This document shows, in pieces, positions 20,801 through 28,487 of a DNA stretch of 64,000 bases; position 1 is the first letter of the stretch; every line of letters begins with the position of its first letter. The notes below the pieces were generated by a model that saw nothing but the letters and a program-made list of their open reading frames with translations, did no database searches and was not told where the DNA came from. The stretch covers positions 1,164 to 65,163 of the forward strand of contig DAICZN010000071.1 in NCBI GenBank assembly GCA_027311105.1. The letters run 5' to 3'. The position numbers and the translations under genes are program-made. The DNA is from Gallionella sp. GTDB lineage: Bacteria > Pseudomonadota > Gammaproteobacteria > Burkholderiales > Gallionellaceae.

Positions 20801-21482
20801 CCAGCGGAACCAGGTGTGCAAAATCGAGCTTCGCCGGCGCCTTGAACAAGATGCCGCTGCGATGCAGTGACCGGCCGGCTTCGGTGTGTGCTGCCCAGGC
20901 CGCGTAGTGCACAGCGAGTTGCAATTCGCCGGCATGGGCTGATTCATCCATCATCCAATGGGCAACTTCCTCGGCAAATGCGAGTTCGCTGAAAGGCGTC
21001 CCGATATATGCCGCCAACTGCGCTTCGAGTGCCGGGCCGTCCAGTTTGGCGGCTTCTTCAGGTTTTACCTTGATCATCGCGCGGCGCTGCACGAACAGGC
21101 GCTTGCAATTGTATAGCGGGGCCAGCAGATGATGACGCGCAGCCAACGCCTGTACTTGCGCTTCGATGCCGAATAATCTGGCCAGGAAATCCTCGAGATG
21201 GGGTGCCAGCGCAATCAAAAGGGCAGATTGCTCTTTGTCGTGAAGCGGGTTTTCCGGTATCCGTGCCGTTTCAAGTTGCGCGCGCAACAGTGCATCGCCT
21301 TCGCCCAGGAAATCGAGGAAAGCCGCGTCGAGGCGGATGAGTCCGTCCCGGCCATACAGATCTTTGAATGAAAATCCAAAGCCCATAACGGGGCCCTGAC
21401 GATGGGCAGCTTTATCAGTTTGCATTATTCCAGAAATAACAGGGTTACCGGCTTGTTGCTTCTCGGAGTTATTCGTCGGCAT
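17880..21482 (-). CDS. Large fused FAD/Fe-S oxidoreductase (GltD/NfnB-like N-half + PyrK/NfnA-like C-half)
   Basis: CIWC..C..GCP and GHRICNDCMKSC Fe-S motifs, GMGPAG and GGGLTAID Rossmann motifs, PGQF, GPTG, GGGLG, MQCMMKEICAQC...C. Confidence 0.88.
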   Translation of the reverse strand: MPTNNSEKQQAGNPVISGIMQTDKAAHRQGPVMGFGFSFKDLYGRDGLIRLDAAFLDFLGEGDALLRAQLETARIPENPLHDKEQSALLIALAPHLEDFLARLFGIEAQVQALAARHHLLAPLYNCKRLFVQRRAMIKVKPEEAAKLDGPALEAQLAAYIGTPFSELAFAEEVAHWMMDESAHAGELQLAVHYAAWAAHTEAGRSLHRSGILFKAPAKLDFAHLVPLAKINLDGITAYRLGGHALRRREGFALTDAGTDLSGALDQANYCIWCHEQAKDSCSKGLREKPPADGEAAAFRKNSFGVKLAGCPLEEKISEFHKVKTQGHALGALAMIVIDNPMVAATGHRICNDCMKSCIYQKQQPVDIPQAETRTLKDVLELPWGFEIYSLLTRWNPLHLTRPYPKTPSGRRVLIAGMGPAGFTLAHHLINDGHTVVGIDGLKIEPLPPQLGGVAANGERVEFSPVRDISELYEALDERVLAGFGGVAEYGITVRWDKNFLKLIRLLLERRSQFALFGGVRFGGTLTVDTAFACGFDHIALANGAGRPTVLDIPNGLARGVRTASDFLMALQLTGAAKADSIANLQIRLPVVVIGGGLTAIDAATESLAYYPVQVEKFLHRYRILVAGKGESAVRQAWTPEEQQIADEFLKHALALEAERSSAAATGREPHIIEMLQSWGGVTIAYRKRLIDSPSYTLNHEEVEKALEEGINFAEGLNPTRIEVDEFAAVCAIRMSTQLRSGDGIWSAGAETEVAARTILIAAGTQPNTVLSREDPEHFKLDGRYFQACDENGDPVRPEPATSKPKVAQVLLSRHADGRFISFFGDLHPSFFGNVVKAMGGAKQGYPSVSAVLERVHPASHLTDGEFLAEINQALRATVHKVIRLTPNIVEVIIRAPLAARNFRPGQFYRLQNYETRALAIDDTRLAMEGLALTGAWVDPQQGLISTIVLEMGGSADLCAMLKPGEPVVLMGPTGTPTEIPGDETVMLVGGGLGNAVLFSIGQALRAAGSKVLYFAGYKKAIDRYKVAEIENAADVVIWCCDEAPGFAATRNQDRSFAGNIVQAMTAYARGGLGLQTIPFAATDRIIAIGSDSMMAAVAAARHGVLKPHLKPHHFAIGSINSPMQCMMKEICAQCLQAQTDPETGKTTYVFSCFNQDQALDRVDFPGLKARLRQNSVQEKLTSQWIDRCLVRLKLRDDAVA

Positions 21483-21594
21483 TTTATCAATGCCCCGTAC
21501 AGCGCTGCCTTTCGAGCGAAATTATACCGGTCTGTAAATCAACAAACGGCTCTCAACCTGAACGGCCTGCGATTAATACTCTCCAGGGTGTGGA

Positions 21595-23349
21595 TCAGCC
21601 CGGCTTTTCCAGCTCTAATACGTGAAAGCTGGAAGTATTCCCGCCGGTTTTTTTCGATTCGTACATGGCACGGTCGGCGTTCTGCACCAATTCGTCGGCG
21701 TTCATGCCGTCGCGCGGATAGATGCTGATCCCGATGCTGGCGTGAACCAGCAATTCGTGTCCGTCTATCTTTAGTACACGCTGAAAAAGGAAGTATAACT
21801 TCTGAACAACAGCTGTGACATGCTGCGGATTATCAATCATGTCTATCAAAACGACGAATTCGTCTCCGCCCAGGCGCGCTACGGTGTCCATCTCCCGCAC
21901 GGTGGATTTGAGCAGGATGGCAACGTTTATCAGTACCTTGTCACCGACTGCATGACCGAAAGTATCGTTGATTTCCTTGAAGCCATCAAGGTCGACAAAC
22001 ATTACCGCAAGGTGCTTGCCGTTGCGTCGCGCGCCGGCAATGGCGTGTTCCAGCCTGTCGAAGAACATCCTGCGGTTGGGCAGTTTGGTCAACGAGTCGT
22101 GCTGGGCAAGATGGTCAAGCGCCTTGCGGCTCTCGTTTATTTCGGACAGGTGCGCCATGATCTGCGTCTGCATGTCATAAAAACTGCGCGAGAGCAGGCC
22201 GAGTTCATCATTGCGCTCAAGCGGCAATGCGCTGATGGCGTGATTCCTGGAAAAGTGATTGATGGCGCTGACCATCGCATTCAGCGGACCGGTGACTATC
22301 CTTGAAACCAGTGCGGACAGAATCAGGGCGAGTGCACTGAATGCGAGGATGATTTGAATCGCGTTCCATCTCAGCTTGGCGGTCTCACGCGTGATGTCAT
22401 TCAGCGGCTGGGACAAACCGAGAATCACGAAGCGCTTGTCTATGGTGTCGCCAAACGGCAGGCGGACGAAGGCTGCCACATGGCCGTCTTTTGTTTTCTG
22501 ATCCGCCTCGACATTCATGACGACATTCATGGCCTTGCCCTGAACCAGGGTAGAGACCGGTGCAAATGAGTCCTGGATGAGCATGTGCTTGCCGCGATCG
22601 AAGCCGAAGGTTTGGGTCGCATCCGGGTGGATCAGAAAGTCACCGTTCTGGTTGCTGAGATATAGCTGATAGGTACTTGGCAGGTTTCCCTGCAAAAGCC
22701 GGGAAAGTCCGTTCAGATCGACATTGATTGCGATCAACCCCAGTCGCTTGCCGGTCGCGGAGATCACCGGGGTGGAGAACGTCACGGTAGGTTTGTTCTG
22801 GCCGGAGTGCGCGCCTTTTTCATGGTTGATGGTGATATCCGACAAGTAGATATCACCCCGCGCCAGCCGCAGCGTGCCGGCAACATAAGGATAGTGCCCT
22901 TTTGCCTGCAGGTCGCCAGCCATTACCCGGGTTAATTTCTTGCCATTGCGGTCGACCCGGACCAGTTCCATGCCGGGTTGACTGGTGCTGATCAGGCGAA
23001 TCTGAAAATATTCCGGATGGGCTGACAACATGGCAGTGAAGGTGTCGGCCAGAATCTTTTTGTCGCGCTCAGCGGCCGACTGGTTCTGCGAAACAAAAAC
23101 ATTGCTGGTCATCGGCAACGCCGCGAGCAGCTGCGAATCTTCGGCAATCACGTCGATGATGATTTTCATGTTCCGGCCCACCACCTGGGTGGCAGTCAGC
23201 AAGTCACGTTTTGCCGCATTGGTCAACATGTCACGGCTGGACGTGTAGAAGTAGTACCCGGTAAGGCTCGTAGCCATGATGCCAAAGACGGCCAATAAAA
23301 TTCCGAGTTTGAACCCGATATTGAATTTAATATGGCCGAAAAATTTCAT
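21595..23349 (-). CDS. Sensor diguanylate cyclase (Cache-like periplasmic domain, HAMP, GGDEF)
   Basis: Two TM helices, HAMP (DELGLL), RLGGDEF with RxxD I-site (REMD). Confidence 0.92.
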   Translation of the reverse strand: MKFFGHIKFNIGFKLGILLAVFGIMATSLTGYYFYTSSRDMLTNAAKRDLLTATQVVGRNMKIIIDVIAEDSQLLAALPMTSNVFVSQNQSAAERDKKILADTFTAMLSAHPEYFQIRLISTSQPGMELVRVDRNGKKLTRVMAGDLQAKGHYPYVAGTLRLARGDIYLSDITINHEKGAHSGQNKPTVTFSTPVISATGKRLGLIAINVDLNGLSRLLQGNLPSTYQLYLSNQNGDFLIHPDATQTFGFDRGKHMLIQDSFAPVSTLVQGKAMNVVMNVEADQKTKDGHVAAFVRLPFGDTIDKRFVILGLSQPLNDITRETAKLRWNAIQIILAFSALALILSALVSRIVTGPLNAMVSAINHFSRNHAISALPLERNDELGLLSRSFYDMQTQIMAHLSEINESRKALDHLAQHDSLTKLPNRRMFFDRLEHAIAGARRNGKHLAVMFVDLDGFKEINDTFGHAVGDKVLINVAILLKSTVREMDTVARLGGDEFVVLIDMIDNPQHVTAVVQKLYFLFQRVLKIDGHELLVHASIGISIYPRDGMNADELVQNADRAMYESKKTGGNTSSFHVLELEKPG

Positions 23350-23900
23350 GACGCAAGGAAATTATCCGGCTGTTCGACAGGGATGATGTGATGCAAAGGT
23401 GACACGCAGTACCGGGAATTCCGGATGGGCCCGGACAGGCAGAACTGGCGTGGATTGCCTGCCCGGGCCGTTGTTTCAACAGTATGCGACAAGGCCAAGC
23501 GGCGATTTTCCATACCTAGAACGGTAGTCCGACGAGATAACGCATGCAGGGTTTCCGGGGGGCAGACGCGTAGTCTTGCTTGAAATGATACCGGCAGTGC
23601 GGCTGGCAATCGGCAGGCAAGGCGGGGCATAGGCATAAATTGGGTTTAGGCAGGCTCCATTGTACATCTGGCGGCCATTAAACAGCCCTCTATCCTTGTA
23701 AAAAATCCGGCGGATTTTACGTTGTCGAGCATACCCTGATGCGCCGGTTTCTTCAGGCCGCCCTTTCGGGGTAGAATCATCACCGGCTTGCCTCTGTGCC
23801 AAATGATAACTTTAAAAACGGGTGGCCGGGAACGATATTTTTGGCCCGGCTTGAATTAATCCGGGCTGGCTGCACATCTCGATTTTACAGGGCCAAATGC

Positions 23901-24380
23901 ATGTACCGATATGGTTTGATAATACCGGCCGTTTTCCTGGTTGTCCTGGCGGGATGCGCGGCGCGGCAGAAAGCCGACTCCGCCGGTTCGAAACAGCACT
24001 CTGCTGCAAAATTGAAAGCGGACACAAGAAAAGTGACTTCCGAGGATGGATTGGTCAAAGGGGAAATCATCGGCATTCCGGCCCCTGAAAGCAAATTCTC
24101 CAGGCTGAAAATTGGCATGAAGCTGGAACAGGTTGAGCATCTGATTGGGAAACCGGACGATACCAATAGCCGTATCACAGGCAGGCAATACCAGCCGTTT
24201 TACTTCGGTGGAGATACCCAGCGCACTGAAGCATTTTATAAAAATGAAGGGCAGCTGACCTTTTCCAATATCCAGCACGACAGTGCTGTGGATACGCTGA
24301 TACGAATCACGGTCAATCCCAAGGCCACCGGAAACCGCTTTTCGATGGATATAAAACCCAAGGCATCCGGGGCAGATTGA
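23901..24380 (+). CDS. Hypothetical lipoprotein (SmpA/BamE-like fold possible)
   Basis: LAGC lipobox; LKIGMKLEQVEHLIGKPD motif. Confidence 0.72.
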   Translation: MYRYGLIIPAVFLVVLAGCAARQKADSAGSKQHSAAKLKADTRKVTSEDGLVKGEIIGIPAPESKFSRLKIGMKLEQVEHLIGKPDDTNSRITGRQYQPFYFGGDTQRTEAFYKNEGQLTFSNIQHDSAVDTLIRITVNPKATGNRFSMDIKPKASGAD

Positions 24381-24473
24381 CATCCGGCACGAAAAATAAC
24401 TACATTCTCCTACTGTGAGCTGAATGCCACTCCAAAAATAATCGCAATCCACTTAAAGCAACCCGGGAGCCCT

Positions 24474-26441
24474 ATGTCCAACATCGAATCTGTATTGAAT
24501 GAAATTCGCGTTTTCAGCCCATCTCCTGAATTTACCCGGCAGGCCAACGTGTCCGGAATGGCGGGCTATGAAGCATTGCGCAAGGCTGCGGAACAGGATT
24601 ACCCGGGCTTTTGGGCAAAGCTGGCGCGTGAAACCTTGCTCTGGAAAAAGCCTTTCACCCGGTCACTCGATCAGAGCAATGCGCCATTCTTCAAGTGGTT
24701 CGAGGACGGCGAGCTGAATGTTTCCTACAACTGTCTCGACAAACATCTGGCAACCCAGCCGGAAAAGATCGCCATTATTTTTGAAGCGGATGACGGCAAG
24801 GTAAGCAAAGTCAGTTATCGGGAATTGCACGGGCGAGTCAGCCAGTTCGCCAACGGCCTGAAGTCGCGCGGCATCAGGAAAGGCGACCGCGTCATCATTT
24901 ACCTGCCGATGAGCGTCGAGGCGGTGGTGGCGATGCAAGCCTGTGCCCGTATAGGCGCGATTCATTCGGTGGTGTTCGGCGGTTTTTCCGCCAAAAGCCT
25001 GCACGAGCGCATCATCGATGCTCAGGCCTGCGCGGTCATCACAGCCGACGCGCAAATGCGCGGCGGAAAACTGATGCCGTTGAAATCCATCGTCGATGAC
25101 ACGCTCGCCATGGGCGGTTGTGAAAGCGTGCACAGTGTCATCGTGTATCGCCGCGCCGGCTGTGATGTAAACTGGAACGATGCGCTGGACATCTGGTATC
25201 ACGACCTGTTCAATTCGCAGCCAACCCATTGCGAACCGGAGTGGGTGAGCGCTGAGCATCCGCTGTTCATCCTTTATACCTCGGGTTCCACCGGCAAACC
25301 CAAGGGTGTGCAGCATTCGAGCGGGGGCTATCTGCTCGGTACGATGCTGACGATGCAGTGGGTGTTTGACTACAAGCCTTCCGACGTCTTCTGGTGTACC
25401 GCCGATGTGGGTTGGGTCACCGGCCACAGCTATGTCGCATACGGCCCGCTGGCGGTTGGCGCAACTCAAGTGATGTACGAGGGAATACCGACTTATCCGG
25501 ATGCCGGACGGTTCTGGAAGATGATTCAGGATCACAAGGTCACCACTTTCTACACCGCACCAACCGCGATACGCTCGCTGATCAAACTTGGCAGTGATCT
25601 GCCCGGGCAATATGATCTTTCCTCGTTACGCCTGCTGGGCACGGTGGGTGAACCGATCAACCCGGAAGCCTGGATGTGGTACTACAACACCGTCGGCCAG
25701 GCGCGCTGCCCCATCGTGGATACCTGGTGGCAGACCGAAACCGGTTGTCACATGATCGCGCCATTGCCCGGGGCGGTACCCACCAAACCCGGTTCCTGCA
25801 CCTTGCCCATCCCGGGTATCCAGGTCGCAGTGGTTGACGAAACGGGCGAAGAAGTCGGCAAAAAACATGGCGGCTCGCTGGTCATCACAAAGCCCTTTCC
25901 TTCGCAGATACGCACCATATGGGGAGACCCGGATCGCTTCAGGAAAAACTACTTTCCCGAAGAAATGCGCGGTTACTACCTTGCCGGGGATTCAGCCCAT
26001 CGTGACGAGGATGGCTACATCTGGATCATGGGACGCAACGACGATGTGCTGAAAGTATCCGGGCACCGTTTGGGCACGATGGAGATCGAATCGGCACTGG
26101 TTGCCAATCCGCTGGTCGCCGAGGCCGCCGTGGTGGGACGTCCGCACGAAATCAAGGGCGAGTCCATCGTTGCTTTCGTGGTGCTGAGAGGCGCACGTCC
26201 AGCCGACCCGGCCAAAGCAAGGCAGATCGTTGAGTCCCTGCGTGACTGGGTCAGCAAGGAGATAGGCCCCATCGCCAAACCCGAGGAGATCCGTTTCGGT
26301 GACAACCTGCCCAAGACTCGTTCCGGAAAGATCATGCGGCGCTTGCTGCGCACTATTGCCAATGGCGAGGAAATTACGCAGGATGTTTCGACGCTGGAAA
26401 ACCCCACCATTCTGGAGCAATTAAAAGAAGCGATACTCTGA
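24474..26441 (+). CDS. acs: Acetate--CoA ligase
   Basis: [28 protein letters not shown]. Confidence 0.97.
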   Translation: MSNIESVLNEIRVFSPSPEFTRQANVSGMAGYEALRKAAEQDYPGFWAKLARETLLWKKPFTRSLDQSNAPFFKWFEDGELNVSYNCLDKHLATQPEKIAIIFEADDGKVSKVSYRELHGRVSQFANGLKSRGIRKGDRVIIYLPMSVEAVVAMQACARIGAIHSVVFGGFSAKSLHERIIDAQACAVITADAQMRGGKLMPLKSIVDDTLAMGGCESVHSVIVYRRAGCDVNWNDALDIWYHDLFNSQPTHCEPEWVSAEHPLFILYTSGSTGKPKGVQHSSGGYLLGTMLTMQWVFDYKPSDVFWCTADVGWVTGHSYVAYGPLAVGATQVMYEGIPTYPDAGRFWKMIQDHKVTTFYTAPTAIRSLIKLGSDLPGQYDLSSLRLLGTVGEPINPEAWMWYYNTVGQARCPIVDTWWQTETGCHMIAPLPGAVPTKPGSCTLPIPGIQVAVVDETGEEVGKKHGGSLVITKPFPSQIRTIWGDPDRFRKNYFPEEMRGYYLAGDSAHRDEDGYIWIMGRNDDVLKVSGHRLGTMEIESALVANPLVAEAAVVGRPHEIKGESIVAFVVLRGARPADPAKARQIVESLRDWVSKEIGPIAKPEEIRFGDNLPKTRSGKIMRRLLRTIANGEEITQDVSTLENPTILEQLKEAIL

Positions 26442-26623
26442 GCAGGCATGGTTTCGGCGCAGGCTCACATGGCGCAACGTGGCATGTTAAGCGCAGCGGC
26501 CGTAGCCAAAACCCCACCATTCTTGAGCAATTAAAGGAAGCGATACTCTGAGCAGGCGTGGTTTCGGAGCAGGCTGACATGGTGCGCAGCGCCATGTTAA
26601 ACGCAGCGGTCGTAACCAAGACC
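26398..26623 (+). repeat. 110-bp tandem duplication including the acs 3' end
   Basis: ACCCCACCATTCT(G/T)GAGCAATTAAA(A/G)GAAGCGATACTCTGAGCAGG starts at 26401 and 26511. Confidence 0.95.
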
Positions 26624-26834
26624 CGAGGGAACAGCGAAAATTCCCATTAAACAAAAGTAGGGTTTTTCGGAAAATACAATATCCCTTGCACCTTAAGGGA
26701 TGGCAAGGGAGTTGCCCTTTCCCGACCTTCTGTCGCCCATCTTCTGCCATTGGTCAACTCCCTGCTGTTTTCGATTGACCGGAGCACGGCTGTTAGACTA
26801 CTATCCGGCAGGATTTACTTCAGGAAGGGTGCAC

Positions 26835-28256
26835 GTGCCGTTGATTCGACTGATTATTTTTCCCCTGTTTGCAATTGCCGCGGCTGCTTTGCCGGTATTC
26901 GCCCATGCAGAGGAGATGCTTGCTCTCAATGGTCCCATGACCAGCGACGTTGCGCCGGAATGGCTGCCAACGGCGCGTGATGTCAGGATAGAGCTGATCC
27001 CGGAGTCCCCTGAGGCACTGAAATCCGATCTGGCTGCGCATGATTTATGGACCCGCATACGCGCGGGTTTCGCGATGGGTGAACTCGATTCGAAACTGGT
27101 CGCCAGGCAGGAAAAATGGTATGCCGATCACCCCGATTACGTGGCGCGCATGACAGAACGCGCGCATCTTTATCTGTATTACATCACAGAGGAAGTGGAA
27201 CGGCGCGGGATGCCGAGCGAGATCGCCCTGTTGCCTATGATTGAAAGTGCTTTTAATCCGAGCGCATATTCACACAGTCGCGCTTCCGGCATCTGGCAAT
27301 TCATGCCATCCACCGGTAGAAAGTTCGGCATGCAGCAAAACTGGTGGTATGACGGGCGCCGCGATGTCATCACCGCGACCAACGGCGCATTGGACTACCT
27401 GCAAAAACTGCATGACATGTTCGGTGATTGGCCGTTGGCCCTGGCTGCCTACAATTGCGGCGAGGGAGCGATTCAACGCGCCCAAGCGCACAACCGCAAA
27501 CGCGGTCTTCCGGTCGACTATGCCAGTCTTAAGCTGCTGAAAGAGACCCGGAATTACGTGCCCAAGTTGATGGCCATAAAGAATATCGTTGCCAACCCGG
27601 CCAGCTTCGGACTCACGCTGCAGGAGATTCCCAATGAACCCTACTTTGCGGCGGTTGCCACCACAAGTCACATAGACGTCAAGCTCGCCGCGCAACTGGC
27701 TGATATTTCTATCGAAGAGTTCGCGGCACTCAATCCCGCGCACAACCGGCCGGTTATCCTTCAGGACGGCAGGGATCTGATTTTGCTGCCAATAGACAAG
27801 ATTCAGACCTTCCGTGCCAATCTTGAAAGCTACAACAAACCGCTGGTTAGCTGGCAGTCTTACCAACCCAAAAAGGGCGAGCGTCTGGACAAACTGGCTC
27901 CCCGCTTTGGATTGTCGGTGGAAAATCTCAAGTCCGTGAACGGACTGTCCAGACGGGGAAATATAAGCACCGGCCAAACCCTGCTGGTGCCGATTAACGG
28001 CGAAGACACCGAAAATCCATTTGAAGCCTTCAATATGCATCTTGCCGCAGACGACCTGTCCCGTGCTGTCAGGCACGTTGTGCGCAGGGGCGAAACCCTG
28101 TCCGGTATTGCGCATCGCTATCATGTCAGTGTTGCCAGGCTGAGACAATGGAACGGCCCGTTGAAAATAATCAGGCCCGGCCAATCTATTGCGGTTGCGG
28201 AAACGGGGGCTCGAAGAACAACCGGGCATCGCAGGAGGACGCTTGCGCGTTCCTGA
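26835..28256 (+). CDS. mltD: Lytic murein transglycosylase D with LysM domains
   Basis: MIES, GIWQFMP, ALAAYNCGEG, ETRNYVPK, LysM repeats; GTG start chosen after GGAAGG. Confidence 0.9.
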   Translation: MPLIRLIIFPLFAIAAAALPVFAHAEEMLALNGPMTSDVAPEWLPTARDVRIELIPESPEALKSDLAAHDLWTRIRAGFAMGELDSKLVARQEKWYADHPDYVARMTERAHLYLYYITEEVERRGMPSEIALLPMIESAFNPSAYSHSRASGIWQFMPSTGRKFGMQQNWWYDGRRDVITATNGALDYLQKLHDMFGDWPLALAAYNCGEGAIQRAQAHNRKRGLPVDYASLKLLKETRNYVPKLMAIKNIVANPASFGLTLQEIPNEPYFAAVATTSHIDVKLAAQLADISIEEFAALNPAHNRPVILQDGRDLILLPIDKIQTFRANLESYNKPLVSWQSYQPKKGERLDKLAPRFGLSVENLKSVNGLSRRGNISTGQTLLVPINGEDTENPFEAFNMHLAADDLSRAVRHVVRRGETLSGIAHRYHVSVARLRQWNGPLKIIRPGQSIAVAETGARRTTGHRRRTLARS

Positions 28257-28487
28257 AGAGTGCTGAAAACAGCGAAATCAACAACAGCCCGGCGAGAAGA
28301 TATAGCTTCGTGACGGCAGCTTTGCCGAAAATGAACTGAACCGGTGGCCACATCCCCAACACCCCTCCTGGCTAGTCACTCCTTGCAGCACCGCAAAAAC
28401 AGCCGTTATGCACGCCGCCCAAAATGGCCTTGCCTGCAGAATGCGAATCCCAGCCTTCGCCTGGCCGGCAAGCAACATTGCCGACAG

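Noticed and set aside
23720-23800. Hammerhead ribozyme or riboswitch upstream of the diguanylate cyclase (CTGAAGA, CCCGAAAGGG on minus strand)
   Set aside because: Core elements are not in the required order and no stem II-GAAA junction follows.
26398-26623. CRISPR-like array at the acs 3' end
   Set aside because: Only two units, the would-be spacers are homologous to each other, the repeat is acs coding sequence and no cas genes are present.
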